64,000 nt of DNA. It comes from Neodothiora populina. Its lineage: Eukaryota. The stretch spans positions 1,488,001 through 1,552,000 of the forward strand of contig NW_027191404.1 of assembly GCF_041146345.1 (NCBI RefSeq). Reading direction: 5' to 3'. Each line of letters opens with the position of its first letter. Position 1 is the stretch's first letter. Both the position numbers and the translations under genes were made by a program. Positions 1 to 11,553 of the stretch are shown in pieces. Below the pieces are notes generated by a model, which made no database searches, was not told where the DNA came from, and saw only the letters and a program-made list of their open reading frames with translations.

Positions 1-2
1 AC

Positions 3-1830
3 ATGTCTTCTGTCAGGACAGCATTGAGGGCTTCGAGCCTTGTGAATGCTCGTATTTCGAGCAGGCCCGTCCTTGGAGGTCAGCAGTCAATTCGCGCCTC
101 AGCATGGCGGGGCATGTCGACAGAGGCACAGCACAAAGTATGAATTGCTCGTTCTGCATGAAGGAAGGGAGAATCGCACTCATGCTGACTCTGTATAGCT
201 GCTCTCTGCAAACCTTGAACAGGCAGATCCGACTGTGTACGACATCATCCAGAAGGTAAATATTCGAAGAATGAAGTTAGAAACCGGCCCTGGAAGTCCA
301 ACAAAATTAACTTGTTGTAGGAAAAAAGACGACAGAAGCATTTCATCAACCTCATTCCTTCCGAGAACTTCACATCTCAGGCAGTGTTGGATGCGCTTGG
401 AAGCCCCATGCAAAGTGAGCAACGCCACCAGAAGCGGAATCGCATTTGGCATTGGAGCGGTGCATCTGACGTGACGCAGACAAATACTCAGAGGGATACC
501 CTGGCGCACGCTACTACGGAGGCAACGAGCACATTGATGAGGCCGAGACGCTATGTCAGCAAAGAGCACTCCAGGCCTTTGGTCTGAACCCAGAGGACTG
601 GGGAGTCAACGTGCAGCGTAAGAATTGTCGCATCAAGCATCAACCATCGTCCGCTCTAATTATGCTGACACCAATCGTCCAGCTCTCTCTGGATCCCCCG
701 CCAACCTCCAGGCCTACTCTGCCCTCCTCAACACTCACGACCGCATCATGGGTCTCGATCTGCCCCACGGCGGTCATCTCTCGCATGGTTACCAGACCCC
801 CACAAGAAAGATTTCGGCCATCTCCAAATACTTTGAGACACTTCCATACAGACTGAACGAGAAGACCGGTTTGATCGACTACGACAAGCTGCAGGATCTC
901 GCCACTCTTTACCGACCAAAGATCATCATTGCAGGCACATCTGCGTACAGCAGGCTGATCGAGTACGAGCGCATGCGTGCCATCGCTGACGATGTCGGTG
1001 CCTACCTTCTCTCCGACATGGCCCATATCTCGGGTCTCGTCGCCGCTGGCGTCATCCCCTCGCCGTTCCAATACTCCGACGTGGTCACCACGACGACACA
1101 CAAGTCCCTTCGTGGACCTCGCGGTGCCATGATTTTCTTCCGCAAGGGTGTCAGGCGGACGGATAAGAAGGGCGTTGAGGTCATGTACGACCTAGAGAAC
1201 CCCATCAACGCCTCGGTGTTCCCTGGACATCAAGGTGGACCCCACAACCACACCATTACTGCCTTGGCTGTAGCTCTGCAACAGGCTCAGACCCCCGAGT
1301 TCAAGGACTACCAGCAAACCGTGCTAGAAAATGCCAAGGCTTTTGCAGCACGCCTGGGCGATTCCAAGGAGAAGGGCGGCCTCGGATACTCCATTGTGTC
1401 TGGAGGTACTGACAATCACCTTGTGCTGATTGACCTCAAGGACAAGGGTATCGATGGTGCACGTGTCGAGCGCATCTTGGAGCTCGTCGGCGTTGCTGCC
1501 AACAAGAACACTGTCCCTGGAGATTTGTCCGCTATGAAGCCCGGCGGTCTCCGCATGGGTACACCAGCCATGACTTCGCGCGGTTTCCAACCCGACGACT
1601 TCGAGAGAGTCGCAGATGTTGTTCACCGAGCAGTCGAGATCACCAGAAGACTGGCCGGCACGGCAAAGGAGGCCATGACGAAAGCTGGTCGCAAGAACCC
1701 AGGCAGCGTCAACGCTTTCAAGGAGCACGTTGGCGAGGGCGAGGAGATTACCGAGATCGTGCAGCTGAGGAAGGAGGTCGAGGATTGGGTTGGTACCTTT
1801 TCACTTCCCTGGGAGAAGAACGGATCATAG
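3..1830 (+). CDS. SHM1: Serine hydroxymethyltransferase, probably the mitochondrial isoform (5 exons: 3-137, 199-255, 321-414, 480-617, 683-1830)
   Basis: The spliced frame gives an Arg/Ser-rich presequence-like N-terminus ([22 protein letters not shown]...). It also gives the SHMT motifs [32 protein letters not shown] and the PLP-lysine motif [13 protein letters not shown]. Four GT-AG introns join in frame. Confidence 0.95.
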
Positions 1831-2611
1831 GCAGAGTGTCTATAGCCTGTGGCTCGTGATCCCTTCCTCAGTGTCTCGTCCGTATCGCGATGTAGACATT
1901 CATAGCATATGCCTGAGCGAGGATCAGCACTGTGATTCTGGCGTAACACAGTTCTGGCCCAACACGACGGGCTCGGCGTAAATCGGCGTCGTTGAGCTTT
2001 GAAAGGTTTGATGTATCATCAAGACAGTGGTTGGTATCAATTTCCTCAAGAAAAGAACAATCACAAATTCCAAAGGTTTAATAAGGTATCAAAAATGCAT
2101 CACATTGTGCCTGCAATCCACTTGCGGTACAACTCTCTGCAACGTGTCCGATAATGGCAGGGGCCTAGGTATATCCAATGGTTGTCATGTCTGAGAGGAT
2201 CATATTGTTCTCGCGCATGTATATAGATGTGGCGGATCTGGCAGTTGCGTCAGACCTTGCACCTTCTTCGTCTACGCACCCTTCGATATTCAAGGCCTAT
2301 TCCTTCTTCGCTGTCCTAGAGTTGCACGTCGTACAGAAAGACAAGTCTCTGCTGAGCTCGCCTCACATGCGTGTACCTTGTCCCAATTCCTGTGGACCAC
2401 AAGGCTTGCCAGATCTGCTTCTTCACCTGACCTTCGCCTGCTTCGTTCATTCAACCAACCACCCGTCTCCGTCGGAATTGCCAAACCTATACGGAAGAAC
2501 ATCGTCAATAACCTCTCAATAAGAAGATCACTTGTCTGATACCACCATATCTCACCTATTGAGTACCCAATCGAGCGCAAAGGAGACAGTCGACAAATCA
2601 CCACTAGCAGG

Positions 2612-3461
2612 ATGTATATACCTCTAGTGGCCAACCCTCCTTCATCGCCCTCTTCTTCACTACCAAAGGCCGCATCAGCATTGCTCAGCAACAGCAGCCA
2701 TCTTCTCGCCAGAGAGCATTATCTTCCTCCTTCCACTGCACCAGTGCTCAATGGCCAGCCCTTCAATCCAGCCCCTTCTCCAAGTCCCAATGCTCCTTCT
2801 CAAACCGGCCCTCAGCAACCCTTTTGGTCCGGGAACAGCACTTGGATGGGACCTGTTTGTTGGGCTCTCGTTTTCTACTGTGTTCTGAGTCTCTTGCTGC
2901 TGGCGACGATGTACGGACAGGGGCTTTTGGATTCGAAGCTGAATGTAAGTTGATGCTTTTCTCGCTATTCATCCATTGAATACTCTATTCTTCTCTTTCT
3001 TGTGAGCTTCGCGCTGATGAGAAGTCCGAGAGTAGTATGTCCGCTCTCCGCGACACGATCCCAGCGCCAGTCATGCCCATTCCCAAAGTCTCGATGACGT
3101 TACTTATGCTCATTGGCGTCGAAGCGACGATGAGTCTCGTAGTCATGAATCTCCTGACGGTCCACAAGACACAAACGATCGTAGTGCCGGCGACATTGAA
3201 CACGGCACAAATCAGATCGACGAAGACGGCACGGCTCAGCTGGAATTGATGCAGGAGCTGCGGTTGGACATGAGACTGGTATTGTTGTTGCATCGGCAAG
3301 ATGAGGAGGAGCGAATGCGAGGGCAGACGGCGCATGGAAATAGCGCAACGGATAGGCAGGCATTGGCTGACGGCGTCGGGACCGAGCTGACGCAGAATGT
3401 GTCTGATCGTTTGGAAGCCGTGAAGGTGGAGAGAGCACTGCTTGCTGCTGGAGTCATATAG
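2612..3461 (+). CDS. Hypothetical single-pass membrane protein (exons 2612-2944, 3036-3461)
   Basis: The ATG ORF carries a hydrophobic segment (VCWALVFYCVLSLLLLATMY). A GTAAGT donor at 2945, a GCTGAT branch-like site and an AG at 3034-3035 join it in phase 0 to an open frame ending at TAG 3461. No family recognised. Confidence 0.55.
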
Positions 3462-3671
3462 GCCAGGCGAGGGGCACGGTGCCTCGTACTACCTGTATAA
3501 AGACAGTGCTTGCACCATTGATCGAGAATCAGCTGGCAGGAGACGAGTATCTTGGGTCTGGAACCCTGCACCTCTCACTTTTGGTCGTATGAATTTGAAT
3601 CTGAATTTTTCGACTTCTCTATCTGCTATCTTCTTCGCTATGAACATAGTTTTTGTGCTCCTCTTTCTGTC

Positions 3672-4670
3672 CTACTTTTTCTCGGCCTTGTAGACAATAC
3701 TGTTCTGCTTCCTCAGATCGGTGGTGACGGCAATGATGTCCCTGCTCAACTGCTCCAACTTCTGCGCAGCCTGCTGATCGTTGTCGTTGATGATACGGGC
3801 GAACTCCTCAGCCTCCTCCTGCAAGTTCAATTCCACCTTGGGTCCAGCGAGCTCTTGCGTCTGCTTGGTCTTGCGATTCGTGAACTTGATGCTGTCGATG
3901 TCCGTCGTGGCGTTCAGCGCAATCGTTCCGTTCTCGCCATAGATCTCCGAGGGCGCCGACGAAGAATAGCACTTGCTCTGGTTGATCTGGACTCCGAAGT
4001 CACCGTAGTTGAGCGTCACGAAGCCGCCTGCGTCGACGCCCGTGGCGCAGATGTAGGGAGCGTAGGTCTGGCTCTTGGGCTTGCCGAAGAGCGCGACGGC
4101 GAAAGCGATGGGGTAGACTCCAATGTCGACGAGGCAGCCGCCCGAGAAGTCGAGGCTGAAGACGTTGGGCACTTCGCCTGCCAGCACGTTGTTGTAGCGT
4201 GACGAGTACGAGGCGTAGGTGAAGCTTGCGCCGAAAATGGTGCCGAGTTTCTTCTCCTTCAGAAGCACGTCGCGCAGCAGGTGGAAGTTACATTCTTGGA
4301 TGTGGCGGAATGCTTCGATTAGGTAGACTTTGTTCTCCTTCGCTAGGGAGAAGAGGTGGTCTAGTTCTGCCACCGTCGATGTTGCTGGCTTCTCGATGAT
4401 GACGTGCTTCTTGGCCTTGAGCAGGCTGACGGCGTGCTCATAGTGGTGCGAGTTGGGAGAGGCGATGTAGACGGCTTGGATGTTGGAGTCACTTGTTAGA
4501 CTCTCGATCGTCGTGTGTAACGTCTTGACCGAGTATTTGTCTGCGAAGGTGCGGGCGGCCTCTTCAGTGCGGGAGTAGACTGCGGCGAGCTTCCACTTTC
4601 CACTTGCCTGAGCGGACTGGATGAATGAATCCGTGATCCAGTTGGTGCCGATAATACCGAAGTTGAGCAT
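3672..4670 (-). CDS. Gfo/Idh/MocA family NAD(P)-dependent oxidoreductase (YgjR/YulF-like), intronless
   Basis: Rossmann-type start MLNFGIIGTNWIT, plus VYIASPNSHH, the EKP motif and GGCLVDIGVYP. Confidence 0.9.
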   Translation of the reverse strand: MLNFGIIGTNWITDSFIQSAQASGKWKLAAVYSRTEEAARTFADKYSVKTLHTTIESLTSDSNIQAVYIASPNSHHYEHAVSLLKAKKHVIIEKPATSTVAELDHLFSLAKENKVYLIEAFRHIQECNFHLLRDVLLKEKKLGTIFGASFTYASYSSRYNNVLAGEVPNVFSLDFSGGCLVDIGVYPIAFAVALFGKPKSQTYAPYICATGVDAGGFVTLNYGDFGVQINQSKCYSSSAPSEIYGENGTIALNATTDIDSIKFTNRKTKQTQELAGPKVELNLQEEAEEFARIINDNDQQAAQKLEQLSRDIIAVTTDLRKQNSIVYKAEKK

Positions 4671-5944
4671 GATGGAGGAGGAATGAGATTCGATGACTGG
4701 TAAGAAGTTAAGATTTCCGAGCTCTGCTGACGAAGGTGACAAAAGTGAATATATGTTTATCAAAAGTGGCAGTTGCGCCTACGTTATAGGTCGAGGAAAG
4801 ACTAAACAAGAAGGAAGCCACACCACCACCCCACCTGCCTCCCGCGAAGCTAATTCCGCGCTTCCACCATCCCACCTCGTCATCCCACCTCAGAGCGTCG
4901 CTCCATCCCACTTCCCGCAGGCCCAAATCCCCTCCCGAAGATCCACCGACAGCCGTATTGGCGGGCCGTGACTGCTGGACCTTCCCTTTTTCGACGCCTC
5001 GTTCGGCTTCGTCACTGCTGCCAAGCCCCGGTTTTCTTGAATCCTCGAGAAAGTCATAGTTGTGTCCGAGGCAAAAAGCAGAGGCCGATTGCAGATTCGT
5101 CTCAAGTCACAGTCTGAGTCCTGTCTCAAAGCGGAGCACAATCTATCCCAACCTCCAAGTGTGTGCGAAACCCCCTCGCAAAAGGCGATAGTCGGTAAGA
5201 AGGCCATCTAGCCTTTCTTGTCTTTCTCTTATCGCTTCTTCTCATCCGCCACTTCCCTTCCTGCCCTCTATTACTGCTATATACGGTATACGGTGATATT
5301 TGGATCCTGACTTCGCTTCTTGGACGGATATGTTCACGGGCATTGGTGCTGGTAGGTCGCAACATCTCATCTACGCCTCTCTCTCTCGCACTTCCTCTCG
5401 ACCATGCTGTTTCGTAACTCTTCTGTGTGGTTGTTCATGCGTTGCACCTCGAGTATCTTGTGTGGCTTTGGGATCGAGGCACGTCATTGGCCTTTGTGAT
5501 GTCTGCTCGCTAGAGACTTACATTCACATTGCTCTGGCCTTGACGCAATCGCACAGGAGACTACCTCAAACCACACTGCGTGGCGCATACGCATGACATG
5601 ATTACTTGGAAAATCCGCAAGATTCTGTGGTATAGGGTCATAAACTGGCTTTGTGACGCAGACTTCAGAAGAGGCTGCGGGGCGTCAGTCGTCTTGAGAC
5701 TGCTCAAACCATGCCTGCTCTCTCGGGTTAGCAACTTCCTTGCGAACCTTGCCACCTCAGTTGCGTAGAGTATGTCGACACATGCCCGTTCCAGGCTACT
5801 GCAATTGTCAAGACCGATGACACTTCGGCGCACTATGAGTCTCCTTTCGCTGTCTCCGCGGTTATCGTAACACAGATAGACTTACATTGCACTTCTTCGT
5901 TCAGCCTTGGCTGCTGCCGAAGTATGTACTAATATCGAACCCAG

Positions 5945-7801
5945 TTTCCCTTGCCAGCTACGTTGATCCAACGAAACCAAGACTACGACCTGAGCCACCT
6001 ACAAGTGTTGATTTGCCCAACTACTCTCTTGTTGCAGGCAATGGCACCAAAGAATGGAACTCTGAGACTGCAAGGCCTGACTTCAGGCGCAGATACGTTC
6101 AGCTGAAGAAACCCTCGGACATCAATGGCCAACTTCTACAAGACTTCAACTTCCAGATCCAAAAGCCTGCTCCGGTCAACGATCTAGTACCGCGGGATCG
6201 TGATGGCCGGAATTATCTTCCCTACTCTCAGGACTCGACGACCGCGCCGCTTGCCGAGTCTGCCCAGAAGCACCTTGCCGCATGGGAGGCCCGTGATCAG
6301 GAGCTCAAGCTCGACAACGACATAGCCTACCGAATAGTATGCCGAGCGAAGCTTCCCGAGGGACTCGAACGCGTACGTCTGGCCAGCTTCAGAAACTTCT
6401 TCAGTGCTCTGGAGGGCATGAGCGAACATTGGGAGACGGATCTGGATCACTACTTTATTGCAGGTGAAGACAATTACCAGGAAGCCTCCTTCCCGCCTGG
6501 TAGCCCGGGTCTCGATTCCATTTCCGAGAACGAAGAACCGAAGAGCCCGTCTGTGCGTAGCGATGGCTCTGGAGACGCCATTATGACGAATGGTGGTGCT
6601 CCCAAGACTATGCTCAATGGATTCAGATCAGACGGTTCGCAGTTCATCTTCTCCTCCTCGGACAAGGATACTATGGCAAATGCGCAGAATTCAGAAGAGC
6701 TTCCCATCTCACCCACTTCTCTCACGGGAGCTCTGAACTCGAATGGGGATTTCCCGTTCCGCCCGCCTCCGGTACGCTCGTCCTCGATGGACTCGAATTC
6801 GTCGTCCGAGGCAGATATCCCAATGCCCATGTACAAAGGGCGACGCATATCTTCTGGTATCAAGATGCCCGGCCTCTATCGCACGGAAACAGTCAAAGGT
6901 TTCCTCGAAGCTGCCATTTTCAACTTCAACTGCAAACTCATTCCTCCTCGTGCGCCTGCTATCCTGACCGTCTCTGGCGTTCGAGTGCCCATAAGGCATC
7001 AGACTTTCCTTGTCCAACGTATCCCCGCGGATCGCACCGTTGCCAAACAGGGCATTGCCGAGGGACCTGTGATGGGCGCCTTTGTACGCCAGGACATCGA
7101 AGCCTATAGTGCAGGCGGAGTCGCTCAGCGTACCGAACGTCTGCGTTTGGACCTCCTGAAGGAGATGGGATGTCTTTTACATCTGGCTCAGGAGCGCCGT
7201 CGCGAGGGTCGTGAGGAGCGAACATGGGATAAGCCTAGTCCGACGAAAGGCGGACATTGGTTCAGCGAAATGGCAAGCGACAACAGCAGGCCCGAAGACT
7301 CTCCGTCGGAACTGCAGACGGAGGAAGAGAGAGTGGCAGCTATAGAAGCTGCGGCAGAGAGACGTCGGAATAAGAAGGTCAAGACCAAGTACGACGTGTG
7401 GAAGGAGATGTTGCCGCAACGCCGGCTGTGGGATCCCAGGATCAAGTATACGGCTATAGGCAAGGAGCCAGGTAGTGATTGGGACGAGGTATGGAGGCCC
7501 CTGCACACTGTTCGTTTCTCACTCTTGGACTAACTATGGATTTCACTAGGTCTACATGCTTTCCAGTATGTATCACCACGTTTCAGTGGTGAAGTTGAGA
7601 GTCCATGGCGCATACATTGACTACATCACGGACGGCAGGATGCCAGAGTCATTACCGGAGGACCCCGAGTGGTGTCGTCCGGTCATGCAGCGATCGGAGT
7701 GGTTCGATCTGTTCAACAGAACGCAGCGTGTCGAGGCATTCAGATGTCTGTGGGGTGCTCTGTGTTATCTGAACAGACAACCACCTACCACGACAGCGTA
7801 G
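5945..7801 (+). CDS. Hypothetical protein, probably conserved in fungi (5' exon(s) unresolved; intron 7489-7549)
   Basis: A ~530-codon open frame is preceded by CTAAT..CCAG at 5944. A GTATGG...CTAAC...TAG intron joins WDE to VYMLSSMYHHVSVVKLRVH in frame. Start codon not determined. Confidence 0.7.
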
Positions 7802-8206
7802 ATTCCGATTGCGATAGCAGTCTGCAAGAGACGTATGGCGGTTGACGACGGCGTCGATGAGATAGATAGATGAGAATTGCATAGAATCCTGTTCGTGCCC
7901 GAATCGAAAAAAATCAACCTTTTGGCGAAGCAGTCATGCAGGAAGTTAAGTTTCGTGAGAGCGGACAAATATCCCGAGGTCCAATGCTGTCAGTGTTCTA
8001 CCGAACACAGCTGAGGTCGGATACTTTGGAGGTGCTGAATGTCAGATGGCATGAATGACTGTTTGTCCTTCTCATACGGACATCGGCCTTTTCGCCGCAC
8101 GTGCATGATGGAAGATGGCTTTTTTTCATTGTCTCGTCACTTCCTTTTTTCCCCCTCTTCTATCGACAAAGCAGTCCTCTTGAGCGAGAATCACCCTTTC
8201 CATTCC

Positions 8207-9508
8207 TCACCTCGTCGAGGGAGCGATCCTTTTATAATCCTGGATCCACTTCTCCGCCTTGTTCTTAGGCAGCACATGAATCCTCAGCAAGCCATCTACA
8301 ACCTCGACTTTCCCGCTAGCCAGGACCCTTAAGAGGGCCATCTTCTTACCGACCTTGACCAGACCTCCAGAAATACTCTCGACGTAACACTCGACGCCCT
8401 CGGGACTATACTCGTGCTCGACGTCCCACGGCAGAGGGAAAATATACGTCAAATGCTGGCCAACAGACTCGTCCTCTCGGAAGGCCTTGATCAGGTCCGT
8501 CTGGTGCTGTAGGGGATACAGCAGCATGGCAGGCACAGACAGCGTCGACGCTGCGTTCATCGGGTCCTCGAGCGAGATGACGGCGTCTTCCATGTCGGGG
8601 ATCTTGTCCGTGTTCCGCGTGCGTATGTTTCGCGCCTTGAGCGCGTGTGCGATGGTGGCGTTTTCCCGGCGTAGACGTTCTTCGCGTTTACGGCGCGCGG
8701 CTTCGAGGACTGCGAGGTGGGTCTGTCGTGCTTCGATGCGGGTTTTGAGGGAGAGGAGGGGGGCGTTGGTCGGGTCGATGCTCAGGCCCATGGTGCTGCT
8801 GTCTAAGGCTTCGGGGATCTTGTCGAGGGCCAGACAGGCGGCGCTGCTGCGGTAGTAGGCTTTGATGTTTTTGGGGTTCAGACGCAGCGAGGCGGCGCAG
8901 TCACGGTTGCAAGAGCCGTAGTTCTTCAGCTCCAAATTGCAGAGCGCGCGGTTCGTCAAACACGCCTCTTCGATTTCTTTTTCTTTGCGCGCCTCTTCCT
9001 CCTGGTCCAGCTCGACAAGTTCCATGTCCGGCGCGCCCTCCTCTGCATCCTGAGGCTTCTGAGGCAGCTTCAAGGCAGCGAGAGCCTTGTCGTAGAACTC
9101 GCGCGCGTCCTTCCATTTCTTCATCTTGGCCAGCTCGTTTCCTTGTTCTCGGAAGTTGCCTGCGTTCTCCGCCCGAGTGCCTTCGTAGGCCAACGCCTTG
9201 ATGGCCTCGAGCGCAATGTTCTCGCCGCCGTCCTCGCCCGTCTCGTCCAGCGTCGTCATGAACAGAGGCATCTTGTTCATCATGGCTAGGATCTCGTCGG
9301 CGCTTTGCTGCTTCACCGACTCCATCGCCGGTGGCATTGCCGGGCCCGTTCCGTGGTCTTGTCTTGAGGCTTTCTTCATGGGGAAGGCTGCGCCCGCGGC
9401 ATTCAGCATGCTGTCTAGGGATGCGCCTTTTGCGGCCTCGGGCGGGTTGTTCAGGTCGAGCTTCTCGTCGAAGTCGTCGGGGAGCTCTTCGACCCGCGAG
9501 GAAGACAT
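8207..9508 (-). CDS. CNS1: Hsp70/Hsp90 co-chaperone Cns1/TTC4 (TPR protein)
   Basis: MNKMPLFMTTLD and ALEAIKALAYEG, followed by TPR repeats (NFREQGNE; NRALCNLELKNYGSC; LRLNPKNIKAYYRS). The C-terminal wheel-type region contains LLYP..QTDLI. Start taken at MSSSRVEE. Confidence 0.9.
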   Translation of the reverse strand: MSSSRVEELPDDFDEKLDLNNPPEAAKGASLDSMLNAAGAAFPMKKASRQDHGTGPAMPPAMESVKQQSADEILAMMNKMPLFMTTLDETGEDGGENIALEAIKALAYEGTRAENAGNFREQGNELAKMKKWKDAREFYDKALAALKLPQKPQDAEEGAPDMELVELDQEEEARKEKEIEEACLTNRALCNLELKNYGSCNRDCAASLRLNPKNIKAYYRSSAACLALDKIPEALDSSTMGLSIDPTNAPLLSLKTRIEARQTHLAVLEAARRKREERLRRENATIAHALKARNIRTRNTDKIPDMEDAVISLEDPMNAASTLSVPAMLLYPLQHQTDLIKAFREDESVGQHLTYIFPLPWDVEHEYSPEGVECYVESISGGLVKVGKKMALLRVLASGKVEVVDGLLRIHVLPKNKAEKWIQDYKRIAPSTR

Positions 9509-9809
9509 CTTGGTGCTGTTGTTGGTTGTGTAGTCGTTACGGGAAGATATGCCTGATAGGCCGATGTGTATGCTCGAAGTGATCCGGTATCCCTTGGGGA
9601 TATGGTGGCTTTTGTCTGAAATGATCAACGAATCTAATTGTTTGTATCATGATTTCTTCGTCATCGGGCAAAAAATCCCCCAGTCTTGGCACGACATTTT
9701 GTTGTGTAGACGCGATAAGATAAAGGAAACAGAGCTTCTATCATCTACGGTTACTTGTATAGTGACTGTATCATTCTCCCTGTCTCTCATCTCCGAACCC
9801 TTGTCCCGT

Positions 9810-9810
<1 letters not shown>

Positions 9811-9845
<35 letters not shown>
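9811..9845. repeat. (CT)n microsatellite
   Basis: Direct reading, about 17 units. Confidence 0.95.
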
Positions 9846-9848
<3 letters not shown>

Positions 9849-11553
9849 GTTGCGCTGCAAGGGCAGTGTACAACCAAGTCACAGTAGCGATCAGAACCTG
9901 TACTGTACTGTACCTGAAGCAGTCCCGGGTCTTCATCACATCGGTTCACCTGCCGAGAAAGCATAAGGTACCTTAATACAGACAGCTGCAGGGCTAAAAG
10001 CCGTAAACGCCACCAAATGAAAGTCTAAAAAGCCCGTCACATCGTGAGCCATCTATACCTACTTTAGGTAGTCTCCAGACGACCCTTGCGCAGTGCAATC
10101 TCCCTCAAGCGTCTCGTGCCGAGTGTCACACTCTCCTAGACAGCCTGTCAGATTCTGTCAAATGTCATTCTATCACACGGCTGTCAGGTGCGATAGCCGA
10201 TTGGCGCTACAGTGCTAGCTGGTGGTCGCGACAGAACACCCAATATCGGGTCAATCTGAGCATCGTTGACCCGTGTCAAGCGCTCTCTCTTTCCTCTCCT
10301 CTCTCTGATGAGCTTAGCTGCCATGTCATTGTCTACCAACCAGAACCTCGAGAACGATAAGTGATTCCCAAGCACAAAGCCACATCACACACTTGGCGCC
10401 TCGATACATCTCGTGATATTTAGCCGAGTCATGAGAGTGCGTCGTCTGCAATCCTTCAGTGTCATTGGCCCAGCATTCGCGACTCCCCATGTCGTTTCAC
10501 ACTTCTTGCCAAACCAATGCTCATCAACTACCCGTGTTGGAGCTTTATAGCACCCTTGCCTTTCCTCTGCTCATTCCACCCCACATGACACCAGGTCTCA
10601 GCTTTGAAGCACATCGGTCGGGAGATGGACAATCGCGCTTTGCTGACGACTTCTAAATCTGTGCTCTAGACTTTTCTCACACTGATTGTCCACAGAGTAG
10701 GGAACGACTTGCAGTATGAGCGTTTCGCAATGGCGGACACTGGTGCTCTCTTTCTTGGTCAAGATCGTCCGCGGGCTCGAGCGCAAAGGACGCCTACCGC
10801 CACTGGCGAACCGTGCTTGTCAATCCTCCTCAAAAGCAGCAATGTGCAATTCGAAACACCTCAGCCCGTGTGCTGTAGATGGGTTCCGTTCTGTCGGTTC
10901 ACCTCTCCGTCCAGCTCATTTTTGTCGAAATGCCTCCGACCAATACACCTCGCATTCGCCTCGCATCTGCCTGTTTCCTACATTACTCATAGTTCAAGAG
11001 GTAAGCTACCTCGCTGTCTTACATTAGCGGGCCTCAGCTTGTTTCAAAGGCGACTCAGTCTTCTCCAGCAGGAGGAGTGCCGGTCGTCCCTTCTCTTGAC
11101 CTGAAGTCAAATACACAATAAGTATCTTATGTAGATTAATTCTCTCTCACCCTATCACATTTCATCGATCATGATCACCGGAGCTTGCACACTTTATTTT
11201 CTCCTGATCGACGGGCTAGATTAATTGCTCGAATTGCTTCACCTGCGCCTCTCTATACAGGGTAACAACCACACTCGTGTCTGTCTAACTCTACCGAGTG
11301 CGCACCCTCCCTTGTTCGGCCCTGCATCAACCTCTTCCTAATCCATGGGCACGCCGTGTCGGCGCATGGCCAATATCATTCCCTGAACTTACTCCCTGTA
11401 TCCTGACTCTGATACCTTGCCGCAAGGTTATGCCCCCAATTGTCTCAGCACACAACTAACGCATGCGACCCACATCTTCCCAAATTGCACAACATACACG
11501 CATCCGCCTGCTTGATAGATGGTTCACGGGGCCATCCCCATCATCATCCCAAA

